Shown here: positions 32,200-43,721 of the stretch, piece by piece
Layout: each line of letters opens with the position of its first letter
How positions within the stretch are numbered: position 1 is the first letter of the stretch
Assembly: GCA_963760795.1 (NCBI GenBank)
Contig: CAVXEP010000002.1
Span: forward strand, 64,001 to 128,000
From: an uncultured delta proteobacterium
GTDB taxonomy: Bacteria; Desulfobacterota; Binatia; UBA9968
DNA: 64,000 nucleotides
Direction: 5' to 3'
Made by a program: the position numbers and the translations under genes
The notes under the pieces: model-generated
Databases searched by the model: none
What the model was told of the DNA's origin: nothing
Seen by the model: only the letters and a program-made list of their open reading frames with translations

Positions 32200-33411
32200 T
32201 TACGACGGACTAGCCGCGGAGGCCGCGCCGACCGGCACGGCGTCGGTATTCTTCTCAAGAAACAGCGCCAGCCCGGAAGCCAGCAGCACCAGGCTCATCA
32301 CCACCAGGAAACCATCGTAGCTGCCGGTGCGGTCGTAAGTGATGCTCGCGATCATCGGTCCCGCGGCCGAGCCGATCTGGTGCACGATGAAACTCATGCC
32401 GAGGATCATCCCGGCCATACGCGGTCCGACCAGCTCGTAGAACAAAACATTGCCCACCGCCACCGTGCCGAACGTCGGCCCGATGGCCAGCGCGACTACG
32501 GCGTAGTAAACATAAACATTGCTGATATCGAGCGCCATAAGCAGCGTGCCGACGCCGCGCGTGAGATAGCTCAGGCCCAACATCGGCGCTCTTCCGTAGC
32601 GATCCGAGAGCCAGCCGAAGAGCAACGCCGACACCACCGCGCCGGCGCCAAAGACGCTCACCGCCTTGGCGCCGGTGGCGGCGTCAAAGCCTTTGCTCAT
32701 GGTCAATGCGACCAGATGGGCGATTTGAAAAAATGCCACGCCGCAGGAGAATCTTACGGCAAAGAGCACCAGCATCGAGCGATTGCGCAGATAAGGCACG
32801 CACGCGCTCCACGGAACACGCGGGCCACGGCCTGCCTGCGACCCAGCGGGGTCGCGCGCGCCGAACCAGGCTAGCGGGAGCGCGACGAAGAATAATATCG
32901 CGCCGGAAGCGAGCGCCGCCATGCGCCAATCGTAGGCGCGAATCAAAAAATAAATCACCGGCGCGAACAGCAAAGGACTCAAGGGCGATGCGATCTGAAC
33001 CACACTGACCGCGAGGCCGCGATTGGTCGCGGCAAAATGTTTGGAAACGATCAACGACAAGATTGCTTGACTGCACGCGCCCATCGCTAGACCCACCATC
33101 AAGCCGTAGGTCAGCGACAACTGCCAAAGGTTTCGCGACCAGCCCATGCCGACGTAGCCGCTGGCCATTAACAGGATACCGCCAATGATCACGGGCCGCG
33201 GCCCCAGATCGTCGGCCAACTTGCCGAACAGCAGCGCTCCCGCGCCCCACCCCAACATCGCCACCATGTAAGGCACCGTCGCCAACGAGCGCGATACGGC
33301 AAATTCGTGCTCAATCGGCGGTAGGAACAGACTGAATGTGTTCATGCTGATTGACGTTATCGTTCCAGCGGCCGTGCAGAGCAGCAAAATCGAAGTGCGC
33401 GAAAGTTTCAT
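32200..33411 (-). CDS. MFS transporter
   Basis: About 12 TM segments; GKLADDLGPR and GWLSDRYGR MFS motif A. Confidence 0.88.
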   Translation of the reverse strand: MKLSRTSILLLCTAAGTITSISMNTFSLFLPPIEHEFAVSRSLATVPYMVAMLGWGAGALLFGKLADDLGPRPVIIGGILLMASGYVGMGWSRNLWQLSLTYGLMVGLAMGACSQAILSLIVSKHFAATNRGLAVSVVQIASPLSPLLFAPVIYFLIRAYDWRMAALASGAILFFVALPLAWFGARDPAGSQAGRGPRVPWSACVPYLRNRSMLVLFAVRFSCGVAFFQIAHLVALTMSKGFDAATGAKAVSVFGAGAVVSALLFGWLSDRYGRAPMLGLSYLTRGVGTLLMALDISNVYVYYAVVALAIGPTFGTVAVGNVLFYELVGPRMAGMILGMSFIVHQIGSAAGPMIASITYDRTGSYDGFLVVMSLVLLASGLALFLEKNTDAVPVGAASAASPS

Positions 33412-33486
33412 AGCCCCGACTATGCCAGCGCCGCGGCGCGCTGGCAACGCGATTCGCAACTCAATTGCCATCCTAGCAAGTCAGAC

Positions 33487-33517
33487 GTAGGATGGGTGGA
33501 GCGCAGCCATACCCATC
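33487..33517. repeat. GTAG-type REP hairpin
   Basis: GTAGGATGGGTGGAGCGCAGCCATACCCATC; similar GTAG hairpins near 24734 and 40696. Confidence 0.55.
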
Positions 33518-33662
33518 GTTTCTAACCATAGGCATCGACGCGTTGTGCCTCCACCTACCGTGCAATTATTTACCGATCGTCGCTGCTTCGATTGGGATCG
33601 TTTCGCTTGGTTGCATGAGTCATTATCTTCGTAATACTTCTTGATCCACAGGAGCATCCAAT

Positions 33663-34691
33663 ATGAGCAACCAGAACAAAATCACCTTCGGCGTCCGCCT
33701 TCCCAACTCCGGCCCGCTGGCATCGCCGCAGTCGATGCTGCAGGTGGCCCGGGAAGCCGAGGCCCTCGGTTTCGACTCGGTCTGGGTGCACGATCATCTG
33801 ACCTGGTCCGACGAGATTCATCGCACGCATATTTCTTCAGGCTCCGACGACTCGCACACCGGCAATGCGAGCCCGGACTTTTTTGAAGCGATGACGTCGC
33901 TGGCCTTCATCGCCGGGCAAGTTGACAAAGTTCGCCTCGGCATCGCCTGCGTCGTCGTCCCTTGCCGCAATCCGCTTTTGGCCGCCAAACAGATCGCCAC
34001 CCTCGACGTGCTATGCAACGGCCGCCTCGACATCGGCGTCGGCATCGGCTCGCCGTCGACGATCAAGTCGCGCGAGTATGAAGTGCTCGGCGTGGATCGA
34101 AAACAGCGCGGCAAGATCGCCGACGATCACCTGCGCGCGATGAAAACCATCTGGACCGATCACCCGGCAAGCTACGACGGCCGGTTCGTCAAATTCGAAA
34201 ACGCCGAGATCTGTCCCAAACCGTTACAGAAACCCAACCCGCCACTGTGGGTCGGCGGCTGGACCGAAGCCGCGATGAAAAGAACAGCAGCCCTGGGCGA
34301 CGGTTGGCTGCCGGCATGGCTGCTGCCGCAAGACATCGGCAAACGCTTCGGCGAAGTAAAAGCAATGGCGGAAACCCACGGCAGAGATTCCGAAAAAATC
34401 CATCTCGGCATCGAGGTTTACGGCTGCATCGACCAAGACGGCGCCAAAGCCCGCCAAGACGGCTACGGCACGCTCGCCATCGGTCAGAGCACATTCGAAA
34501 GAATGATGAGCGTGGAACAGCTCGCCGCCGTCAGTCTGATCGGCTCACCGGAAGAAATCCGCCGCCAGGTCAAAGCCTACAGCGACGCCGGCGTGTCTCA
34601 CTTTGAAATCAAGTTTATTTATCCGAGTCTCGAACGGCACTCGGAAATGCTGCAACTATTCGCGCGGGAAGTTTTAGCGGAGTTTCGGTAA
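33663..34691 (+). CDS. LLM-class flavin/F420-dependent oxidoreductase
   Basis: AEALGFDSVWVHDH, RNPLLAAKQIATLD...GRL, PKPLQKP.PPLWVGG. Confidence 0.88.
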   Translation: MSNQNKITFGVRLPNSGPLASPQSMLQVAREAEALGFDSVWVHDHLTWSDEIHRTHISSGSDDSHTGNASPDFFEAMTSLAFIAGQVDKVRLGIACVVVPCRNPLLAAKQIATLDVLCNGRLDIGVGIGSPSTIKSREYEVLGVDRKQRGKIADDHLRAMKTIWTDHPASYDGRFVKFENAEICPKPLQKPNPPLWVGGWTEAAMKRTAALGDGWLPAWLLPQDIGKRFGEVKAMAETHGRDSEKIHLGIEVYGCIDQDGAKARQDGYGTLAIGQSTFERMMSVEQLAAVSLIGSPEEIRRQVKAYSDAGVSHFEIKFIYPSLERHSEMLQLFAREVLAEFR

Positions 34692-34795
34692 CGGAAGAAT
34701 GTACGCAGGTTAGGCAAGTTTGGTTTTCGTTCATCGATCGGTGCTCATGGACCAGATGCTCCTTGCAAACTAATTTATTAGAGGAGTTTCGCCGC

Positions 34796-35473
34796 TTACT
34801 TCACTGCGAAGCAATAAAAACGTCCCGCCCCTCCGCGCGGAGAGGTATCGGCGCAACTTTGATTTTCATGGGCGGAGTTCCACGAGGCCGAGGCTCCAGC
34901 CGTATTGCCGCCAAGTCCGATCCCGTCCAGGTGACCTATTTGCGCCTGCATGTCGGGAGATTCCGACGTCCAACTGTTGCAAGTTTTCCCAGCCATGACC
35001 GTCCCTTCGGCTGTCGAGCCAGTTAGAACGTCGTGCTCGGTGGGCTTGGGTGAGTTTGGCCAGTTACCCGGGACCATCTGGCCACGCTCGTCGACAAGGA
35101 GGATAGAATTCCCCCGGCGTGCATGAAGGTCGGCGAGATCGTTGCCGACCATTAGGCCGTTGGCGTTGAACCAGGGGCCGTTGCCGATCCGGTCGCGGGC
35201 ATTGGTCGGATTATTGTTGTTGGCAGGGTCCCGCTCCGCGCTCAAGTAGGCTCGCCACGTTTTATCTCCCTGCCCGGCAGCGGCGGCCAAGGTTTGACAG
35301 ATGCGGTCGGCGCCAACCAGGCCCCCAAGGTTTCCGGTCTTGCTCTTCGCGCTCGTGACAAAGAAGCCCATGCTAGGTGGCGGGGCGCTGGCGGCACCCA
35401 CGCTGCTGTCTTTGCGCCCAACGGCGACGATAATGAGCGCCCCAATCACGAGCAGAGATAGCCAAAGCTTCAT
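34796..35473 (-). CDS. Secreted endostatin/C-type-lectin-like hypothetical protein
   Basis: Signal peptide; FFVTS..GNLGGLVGADRICQTLA..TWRAYLS...RFYCFA. Confidence 0.65.
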   Translation of the reverse strand: MKLWLSLLVIGALIIVAVGRKDSSVGAASAPPPSMGFFVTSAKSKTGNLGGLVGADRICQTLAAAAGQGDKTWRAYLSAERDPANNNNPTNARDRIGNGPWFNANGLMVGNDLADLHARRGNSILLVDERGQMVPGNWPNSPKPTEHDVLTGSTAEGTVMAGKTCNSWTSESPDMQAQIGHLDGIGLGGNTAGASASWNSAHENQSCADTSPRGGAGRFYCFAVK

Positions 35474-35703
35474 AACTATCCTCCTGATTTTTATCGGTTC
35501 CATGCGTCACTTGCGGCGCGTCGAGCTAACGAATCGCTTTTTATTCGCCAAACCGTGAATGCAATCAAGGTGGAAAAATACCTGTCGTAGCGATGGCGGT
35601 AGAACGAGATGAATTGAACCGTAAATGATCGATCCGAATCGTTTCGGACGGCGACTGAATGAGTCGACATGGCGTGGTGCGTATCGAAAATATTTTTCAC
35701 CTG

Positions 35704-38103
35704 CTACGGCGCCGGTCGGACACGGCACAGAAACGATCGATGCGGCAGCGAGCCGCTGATCGGATCGGCGATATCTGAACCGATCAGCAGACTCGGATTG
35801 GCCGAACCGGCGCCGTAGGAATCGTAACCCGGCAGCTCCAACGCCTTGCACTCTTGCCACCAGCCATGCTGGCAGCACACTACGCCCGGCGCGATCGCGT
35901 CGGTGACGCGCGCTTTGGCGCGAATCGAATCGCGCGGGCTTTCGATGACCATCCAGCTTTTGTCCGTGATACCAAAACGCGCCGCGGTCTCGGGATGAAT
36001 GTCGGCGCTGGGATGGGGCGACACTTTGCGCAGACTCGGTCAAGCCGCGCAACTGGCTGTGAATGTAAGTGGTAAACTTGGCGTTGGTCAGCACCAGCGG
36101 ATATTCCTTGGCAACGTCGGGACGGCTGACGGGGCTGACCATCGGTTCGACATATTCGGGCAGCGCGCGCAAATCCATGCGCCGCGAAGGTGTGCGAGTA
36201 AACCGCGACTTTTTTATCCGGCGTGTTGAAACCGCGCGGCGTGGCGGATTTGTCCGGCGTGGCAAATTTCTGATAGCGCGGCGTGGCCGGAATCGGTAAT
36301 ACCGCCGGGCGAAGCCTTGAGTTGATTTAACGTGATACCGGCGGCAGCCAATTCCTGTTCATACGCCGCGTCGATGTCGCCCTGCCAAAAATCATCGGCG
36401 AACCCCAGTCGTTTCGCCAACTCGAAAACCATCCAAGTATCGGAACGCCGTTCGGCCAGCGGCGCGACGACCGCCGGCCGATATTGCACGTGGCGCCTTC
36501 CCTGCTCTCGATGCTTGAAATCATTCGACACCGTGGCCATCTCGAGAAAGCTCGTCGCCGGCAGAACGTAATCGCACAGCTCCGCGGTCGGCGTCATGAA
36601 TAGTTCCGCGGCGACGGCGAAATCCACCGCGCAAAATGCTTCGCGCGCTCTTTGCGAGTCGCCGGTGGACATGATCGTGTTCGAACCGAAATTGAGCAGT
36701 GCTTTCACCGGATAGGGCCGGCCTTCGAGCACCGCGGTGAAAATATCGTAGGCCGCGCAGTTGCCGGGTTTGGCCGGCGGGCCGAGCGGTTTGCGCTCGC
36801 GGCCAATCCGTTGCTGCGCCATTTCTTTGGGAAGAAACTCTTTTCCCGACATCGCATTGAGCGGCGCTTTAGGAAAAACCACGTTGCCGCCCTGCCGATC
36901 GATGTCGCCGAAGAGCGCATAGAACGTCGCGATCGCCCGGCTCGTTTGCGTCGCGTTGGTGTGCTGGCCGACACCGTTGTGCATGAACATACTGACCGGC
37001 CGATTCGCCGCCAGCAGGCGCACCGCTTGGCGAACTTTGTCGGGCGCTACCCAGGTAATCGACTGATGATTTCTCGGCAGTGAACTCCGCCGCCAGTGCG
37101 GCCAGGCGGGCAAACGCCGGCTCGCAGGCAAGCGCACCGCCATCTTTGCCCATAACCTTGCGCGCACCGGCAATTGACAGGCGGCCGGGCTGGCGTTCAA
37201 AGCCTCCGGTCAACGAATCGTAGAGAATCGGCGCATTGGCGATTTCATCCCAGGCAACAAATCGATTTACAGATCCGCTCTCGGTCAAATCGGCTTCGGT
37301 CAACGCCGCGCCGGTATCCAAACGAATCAAAAAAGATCCGTTGGTCCATTGGCGCACGAAGCCGTCATCGAAAAGCTTTTCTGTGATCGCCACGTCGATC
37401 ATCGCCAACGCCAGCGCGCCGTCGGTGCCCGGCCGCACTTGCAAGAGCACGTCCGCCTGCGCCGCGATGCCGACGCGCCGCGGGTCCACCGCGACGATTT
37501 TCATGCCGCGCTTTGCGCGCCGCGACGATGTCGTGGGCCAGGATCAACGAGGTCGAGCTCGGATTGTGGCCCCAGAGTAAAAAGGCGCCGCTGTGCGCGA
37601 CATCCGGCGTCGGGATTTCCACACCGAACGTGTAGGTGAAGCCGGTATCCTTGTGCCAATTGCAGACGTGAGTCGTCGACGTCCAGTTGGGACTGCCGAA
37701 GCGATTGAGCAAGCGCGCCAGCCAGCGCTCGGCATCGGAAACCGAAGTGCCGCCGCCGGTGCCTTTGGCGAGGGCGACCGCGCGCGCGCCGTCGCGTTCG
37801 CGAATGGCATTCAAACGCTGCGCGATGTCATCGAGCGCTTCGTCCCAGCTAACCCGTTGCCAGCCCGGATCGCTGTCGCCTTTCGGCCGGGTTCGTTTGA
37901 GCGGGTAATTGAGCCGATCTGGATGGTAAACTAGTTCCGGCGCGGCTTTACCCTTGAGGCAGAACACCCCGCCGTTGGGATGATCGGCATCGGCTTCGAG
38001 CCGGACGACTTTGCCATCGGTCACAGTCGCAATCGTCGCGCAGTGGGCCGTGCACAGGGCACAGAAACCGCGCACGGTGTGCGTGGACTCAGTAACATTC
38101 CAT
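35704..38103 (-). CDS. Molybdopterin (bis-MGD) oxidoreductase, DMSO reductase family; several frameshifts
   Basis: CALCTAHC..CLKG Fe-S motif, HPDRLNYPLKR, HVCNWH, VDPRR, TPTAELCDYVLPA, C-terminal HGWWQ dinucleotide-binding domain; spread over five ORFs. Confidence 0.8.
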
Positions 38104-38117
38104 AAAAGATTTCCCGT

Positions 38118-39110
38118 TTAGCCCAGATAACCCTGCCCGCGCCAAAATTTTTCCGCCGCCGGGTGAAGCGGAATCACCAACGGCCCGTCAGCGGTGTCAC
38201 GGCAGCCTCTTTCCAGCGGCAGCGGTCCCGGTTCCTGCCAGCCGATGCGCTCCTTGCGCGCTTCCAACGCAGCGCAGATCGACGTGATCACTTCGTCCGG
38301 CACATCGGCATGGGTGTAGACGGCGAAGCCGCTGAAATCCAATGTCGGCAGATCCTTGCCCAACTTGGGATAGCGCGCAACCGGCATGACCGCGCGTCGC
38401 AAGCCGAGCGTCTCCATCTTGGTTAGAATCTCTTCATCGAGCGGCAGCATGCGCATGCCGGCGTCGAGGGCCTGGTTGGCCCAGCCGCGCACCGCTTCGT
38501 CGACGATCATGTCGACCTCGCCGCGCTGCATGGCGCCGAAGCGGTTGCTCTTCATCGGCAGGCCGTCGTCATAGCGCACCTGCCCGCCCCAAGAAACGAT
38601 ATCGTCGAGGGTGAAACCTACCGCCTTCAAGACTTCGTCGGTGATCGGATGCAGCGCATGATCGCGCTGGCCGCGCACCGACACGCGCAAAGGCATGCGC
38701 CGCTCGCGAATCTCGTGCAGCGACTTCACGCCGGTCTTTTCGGTCACGGCGAAGGCGAGCTGGTCCGGCGAAGGAATGATCGTAATCGCGCGCAGCGGAA
38801 TCGGCTTTTTATACGGCCCAGTGCCGCGCACCGCCAGCGCCAGATACATCGCCGGATTGCTGATCGCCAGTTGCATCTCGCCGCGCGCCACCAACTCGAG
38901 CGCTGCCGGCCCATCGCTGGCGATCATGTTAACGGCCCATTCTGCCGCGCCCTGGGGCCGCAAGCTCACCCGCGCCTGGCGATTGGGCCAGTCCTCTTGC
39001 TCGATCATTTCGGATGCCACTTCGAGCACCAGACGCGAACGAATGGTATCGCGGGCAACCGAACGGGCGGCATTGTTATCAGCAGCTTTTGTCGTCATTT
39101 GTCGTTCCAT
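38118..39110 (-). CDS. TAXI-family TRAP solute-binding-like protein
   Basis: GVKSLHEI, HADVPDEVI, IPLHPAAEKFWRGQG C-terminal TAXI-like motif. Confidence 0.7.
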   Translation of the reverse strand: MERQMTTKAADNNAARSVARDTIRSRLVLEVASEMIEQEDWPNRQARVSLRPQGAAEWAVNMIASDGPAALELVARGEMQLAISNPAMYLALAVRGTGPYKKPIPLRAITIIPSPDQLAFAVTEKTGVKSLHEIRERRMPLRVSVRGQRDHALHPITDEVLKAVGFTLDDIVSWGGQVRYDDGLPMKSNRFGAMQRGEVDMIVDEAVRGWANQALDAGMRMLPLDEEILTKMETLGLRRAVMPVARYPKLGKDLPTLDFSGFAVYTHADVPDEVITSICAALEARKERIGWQEPGPLPLERGCRDTADGPLVIPLHPAAEKFWRGQGYLG

Positions 39111-39214
39111 TTTCGCCATCAATCAGTAGGCGAAATATTTTCACCCTAGATGCGAAATTTCCCCTGAGAATTTTTTGTCGCAGTTTGCGTTCTTTGCGGC
39201 CAACTCTTCTTCGA

Positions 39215-40309
39215 TCAATCGAACGTCAAAATGGCTCGCCCTAATATTCGACCATGTTCCAGGTCGTCGACCGCTTGGTTGATCTGCTCCAGTTTGTAAC
39301 GGTTGGTAATCAGCTCGTTCAGCTTCAGCTTGCCGTCGCGAAACCAGCGCAGGAAGATCGGAAAATCGCGCTCCGGTTTGCAATCGCCGCCGCTGGTGCG
39401 TTTGAACGAGCGATTGCCGATGAACAAGCTGGTGTCGATGAGCGCCTTCGCATCGGGCGGCGTGATGCCGACGAGCAGCGCGATACCGCCTTGATTGAGC
39501 CCGGAAAATCCTGGCCGGACCGAGCGCAGGATTTGCTCCTGCGTCAATGGCAAGCCGATGGCGTCGATCGCATAGTCGGCGCCGCCGCCGGTTATATCCT
39601 TGATCGCTTGCACCGCGTCGCCTTCCTTCGCGTTGACGCCATGGGTCGCGCCCATGCGCTGAGCGAAGGCTAACTTTTGTGAATCGATGTCGACGGCGAT
39701 AATCGGATAGGCATCGACCACCGCCGCCGCCGAGATTGCGCACAGGCCGATGCCGCCGGCGCCGAATACGGCGACCGATTGCCCGGGCCGCGTTTGCAGG
39801 GTGTTAATGATCGCGCCGGCGCCGGTCATGACGGCGCAACCGACGATCGAGGTAACATCGGTGGGCAGATCCTTTGGCATCGGTAGCACAACCCGCTCCT
39901 GGGCGATGGCGTACTCGGCCCAGGTGGCCGCCGAATGCATCACATTCTTGCCTTTCCAGTTGGCGTTGTACTGCGTGCGGTCGTTGAGCGCGTGCGACAC
40001 CATCGGCTGGTTGGTAGTCGCACTGTCGCGATCGACCCAGGTGGTGATCACATGATCGCCTTCCTTAACATGGGTAACATCCCGCCCCTTGGCGATGACG
40101 ACGCCAGTGGACTCATGGCCCAGCAAGGCCGGCAGACTTTGCCCCTTGCGCGCCGGCCGCTGCATGGTGTGCAGCTGTGAGTGGCAGACGCCGCTGGCAA
40201 AGAGCTTTACTAAAACCTGATCCGCTCCGGGATCGGCAAATTCAACCTCATCGACCACCAATGGTTTTTTCGCCTCTACATAAATCGCCGCCCGCCCCTT
40301 AGTGCTCAT
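39215..40309 (-). CDS. Zinc-binding alcohol dehydrogenase (MDR family)
   Basis: GVCHS, LGHE, GCAVMTG, GAGGIG. Confidence 0.9.
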   Translation of the reverse strand: MSTKGRAAIYVEAKKPLVVDEVEFADPGADQVLVKLFASGVCHSQLHTMQRPARKGQSLPALLGHESTGVVIAKGRDVTHVKEGDHVITTWVDRDSATTNQPMVSHALNDRTQYNANWKGKNVMHSAATWAEYAIAQERVVLPMPKDLPTDVTSIVGCAVMTGAGAIINTLQTRPGQSVAVFGAGGIGLCAISAAAVVDAYPIIAVDIDSQKLAFAQRMGATHGVNAKEGDAVQAIKDITGGGADYAIDAIGLPLTQEQILRSVRPGFSGLNQGGIALLVGITPPDAKALIDTSLFIGNRSFKRTSGGDCKPERDFPIFLRWFRDGKLKLNELITNRYKLEQINQAVDDLEHGRILGRAILTFD

Positions 40310-40424
40310 GCTCCCTCCGATCCGACAAACGAAATCCGCTGCGTTGAAAGAAATTTGCGGCGGCCATTCTCGTTCCTTGAACGGATATCTATGGTGAATG
40401 ACTGAGATTGTCTAGAGCTTTTGA

Positions 40425-40720
40425 TTTAGCCTGGCGAGCCGCAACCGAGAAAGGCCGGAAAGGTTCACCACAGAGGGCTCAGAGATCACAGAGAAAAAAG
40501 ATTGATTCGGACAAATAGCCGCAGAGAAGGCAAAAGGTCGCAAAAAAGACCCGAAATTGTCGGGGCAATTCCCTTTGGTTGCCGATCCGAATCAGTCATG
40601 GTCACCGGCGACGATCACCAGGAGAATTTGTCGATGCTACGAAGATTCTCAACGGTAGTAGCTCACGCAAAATAGATCCAAGCAGAATTCCGATCGTAGG
40701 GGCGCATGGCATACGCCCGG
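40425..40720. repeat. Nest of short intergenic repeat/REP-like motifs
   Basis: CACCACAGAG..CAGAG..CACAGAG, CCGCAGAGAAGGCAAAAGGTCGCAAA, TCGGGGCAATTCCCTTTGGTTGCCGA, GTAGGGGCGCATGGCATACGCCC. Confidence 0.5.
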
Positions 40721-40846
40721 TGGCGGCGGCGCGGCGTATCGACATCGCACCGAGAAGCGCTGCTCGCGCTGGCGTGATTATGGCTGAATTGCTACGAAAT
40801 CGACGCGGTACCTATTCGGCGCACCCATCACTTTATCTAGGCGCAC

Positions 40847-41182
40847 TCAAAGCAGCATTTTGAACGGCCGCAACCAAGAATTGCCCTTCTCGAGTTCGCG
40901 CAGTTCATCGGCCTGGAGCTTGCTCATTACCAGTTTCATCTCCAACAGCTCCGCAGTGAGGATCTGCTTATCCGCGGTTAACTTTTGGTTTTCGGCGCGA
41001 AGATTATCCAGGTCCGCGGTTAAATTGGCCAGCTGTGCTTTAAGGCGCTCGATCTCGGCCTCTGGACCCATCCTACGATCATCCAACGCTATGACCGGCC
41101 CCGGCGCGGCCCCGGCTCCATTGGCGTTGGCATCCTGCTGCTGCCGCAGTCGCTCCAGTATCTGGGTTTTTCGATCCATCAT
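40847..41182 (-). CDS. Hypothetical coiled-coil protein
   Basis: Heptad pattern EIERLKAQLANLTADLDNLRAENQKL; purine-rich RBS upstream. Confidence 0.6.
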   Translation of the reverse strand: MMDRKTQILERLRQQQDANANGAGAAPGPVIALDDRRMGPEAEIERLKAQLANLTADLDNLRAENQKLTADKQILTAELLEMKLVMSKLQADELRELEKGNSWLRPFKMLL

Positions 41183-41482
41183 AGCGCGATAATTCCTTTC
41201 CCTTTCGCTATCAGCAAGCCGCCGGCCAATGGCGCCGCCGAGTCTTGTCCATCGCGTCAAGCCATTTTGCGGTGGGTTTCCGAAACAATCAAGCAGCCGC
41301 GGCGCGCGGTCCGACCCCATCAGCGCAGAGATTGTAATGCTCCGGTCGACTTTGACAGTCGTACTAAAATGTCCGGGCGACGATCACAGCCCCTAAACGA
41401 CATTGTTTGCGCGATATCTGCTGGTGCCGGATTTCACGAAAGTTCCTCGGCTTTTGTTCAAAATTGGGTTAAGAAGTTAACC

Positions 41483-42241
41483 ATGATTCCCTATCGCGAT
41501 GAAAATGAAACCCAGCACCCCGCCCTAGTCACCGGCGCCATCGTCGTCTTGAACATCGCCAGTTGGTTGTTCGTGCAAGGCGCCGGCGCCGACTTATCTT
41601 TGGCCAGATCGGTCTGCAACCTCGGCCTGATTCCCGGTGAACTGACCGGGTTACTGCCACCGGGCCAGGCCTTTCCAATGGGGCCGGGCACTGTCTGTCT
41701 GACCGATCCCGGCCGTCAAGTATCTCATCTGATCACGTCGATGTTTCTCCATGGCGGCTGGATGCACCTGATCGGCAACATGTGGTTCCTGTGGCTATTC
41801 GGCAACAATGTCGAGGACTCCATGGGACATCTGCGCTTCATCGCATTTTATCTGCTCACAGGCTTGGCGGCGGCACTTGGCCAAGTGATTGTCAGTCCCG
41901 ACTCGATCATCCCCATGGTTGGCGCCTCGGGCGCGATCAGCGGAGTCATGGGCGCCTATCTGGTGCTCTATCCGCGTGTGAAAGTCTACACGCTGGTGCC
42001 GATCTTTATTTTCTTCACATCGATCGCCCTGCCCGCCTGGGCCATGCTCGGCTACTGGTTCGTCCTCCAGCTCTTGAGCGGCTTCTTCTCACCGGGCGAC
42101 ATGGGTGGCGTCGCCTTTTGGGCGCATATCGGCGGCTTCATCGCCGGCGTCGTGCTGATCAAACTATTCGCCCGCGCGGATTACATCGCAGCCCACCGCG
42201 CCCATCACTGGCGCCCGCAGCGGCTCATGCGGGACTATTGA
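41483..42241 (+). CDS. Rhomboid family intramembrane serine protease
   Basis: SMFLHGGWMHLIGNM, GASGA, AHIGGF. Confidence 0.92.
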   Translation: MIPYRDENETQHPALVTGAIVVLNIASWLFVQGAGADLSLARSVCNLGLIPGELTGLLPPGQAFPMGPGTVCLTDPGRQVSHLITSMFLHGGWMHLIGNMWFLWLFGNNVEDSMGHLRFIAFYLLTGLAAALGQVIVSPDSIIPMVGASGAISGVMGAYLVLYPRVKVYTLVPIFIFFTSIALPAWAMLGYWFVLQLLSGFFSPGDMGGVAFWAHIGGFIAGVVLIKLFARADYIAAHRAHHWRPQRLMRDY

Positions 42242-42322
42242 CGATCCGGTTTACAGTGCCGTTCGCGGCGACTGGAGCGCAGATGACTTCAAGCGGTAGA
42301 GTCGGCGTTAGAGTCGGCGGCG

Positions 42323-43324
42323 TCATCTCTTATAGACTTTGTCGATGAATCCGCTCTTGTCCAACTCACGGACGATGCTTTCGTCGACCATGTCTTCGAA
42401 GCGCAGTGGCGCGCCGGACTTGCGGCGGTCGCTTCGCCTCGCGGATCTGAATTTCGACCCCGGGCCGGGTCACCAGAGGCACAACATCGTAAAGTTTCGC
42501 GCTCGCCTGTAGGCGGACTCCAAGTAGTCCTCGTTGTTGGTCCTGGCGTACTTGGCCATGATTTTCTTGCTCTCGTCTTTACGGGTTTTGACAAAATGCA
42601 CCGCCTCGATATGCGCCATGATAACTTTCTTAACGGTTTCTCGGTTCTTCTGCAAATAAGCTTTCGTTGTCGCCGCGCAAATATACGGAAACTCGAAGCG
42701 CTGCTTGAAGTCCGCCGTGCTGATCAATATTCGATGCGGCATCCCTTTGGTCAGGTGAATGACTCCCGGCGGCGACGGGAATCCGGCGATGCGTCCCGCG
42801 CGAAAGGCCGCGGCCCGTTCCGACGATCCGCCGACTTGCATGATCGGCACCTGCTTGTCCGGTTCCAGGTTCAAACCGCGCAGTAGCGCCCGCGCCGCCA
42901 CGTCCGAAGCGCTGCCGAGGCGGCTGATGCCGAGACTTTTGCCCTTGAGTTCCTCCGCCGATCTTATCGACTCATTGACCACCAACTCGTATGGCAGTGA
43001 ATTGAGATAACACGCGACAATGGCGATCTGCGCGCCAGCCAAGACCGCGCTCGCCACCGCCCCTCCCGACACATTGGCGACATGCACATCCCCCGCCAGC
43101 AGACTCGTCAAACTGGTCGTGGTGCTGGGGATGAAAAGTAGTTCAGAGTCCAAGCCTTGTTTCTTGTAGAAGCCCAGCTCCTGGGCGATAAACCACACGG
43201 CATTGCTGGTTTCCAAGGCGCTATGGGATAGCCGAATCTTTTCCTGAGCTGAAGCAGCACCGACAATACTAGTGGCGACAAACAATAACCCGACGACAAC
43301 ATTGACCGCCCGTGAAACTTTCAT
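42323..43324 (-). CDS. ABC substrate-binding protein (NMT1-like); frameshifted near the 3' end
   Basis: Signal peptide, GFYKKQGL, ELKGKSLGISRLGS; other frame ends MVDESIVRELDKSGFIDKVYKR*. Confidence 0.8.
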
Positions 43325-43409
43325 ACGATCCTCCGGTTGGACTTTCCGCTGTGAAACCGGAACTAAGTTAGGTTTAAATATTTCTATGTGACACGCAGAT
43401 GCAAATCCA

Positions 43410-43721
43410 CTAACGCCATGCCGCGTCAGCTGGAATCAGATTCTTGCCGAAGCGGCGCTCCGGCGGCGCGGCCAGCCAAGGCTGAGTCTTCTCGGCGTAA
43501 TACTTGAAGTGCGGCGTCTCGCGGTGGGCCGCCAACGCCGCCTCATCGCGATAGATTTCATAGAAATAGAAACGATTGGCATCGTCGCGGTCTTGAATCA
43601 CGTCGAAGCGCAGGCAGCCGGCCTCATCCTTTTCCGAATGCTCGGCATCGTAGCGGACCACTTCCAAGAACTCCGCAACATGCTCCGGCTTCACTTGAAT
43701 CGTCACATGCAAAATAATCAT
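43410..43721 (-). CDS. Antibiotic biosynthesis monooxygenase / LsrG-like protein
   Basis: EAGCLRFDV, YEIYRDEAALAAHRETPHF. Confidence 0.85.
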   Translation of the reverse strand: MIILHVTIQVKPEHVAEFLEVVRYDAEHSEKDEAGCLRFDVIQDRDDANRFYFYEIYRDEAALAAHRETPHFKYYAEKTQPWLAAPPERRFGKNLIPADAAWR

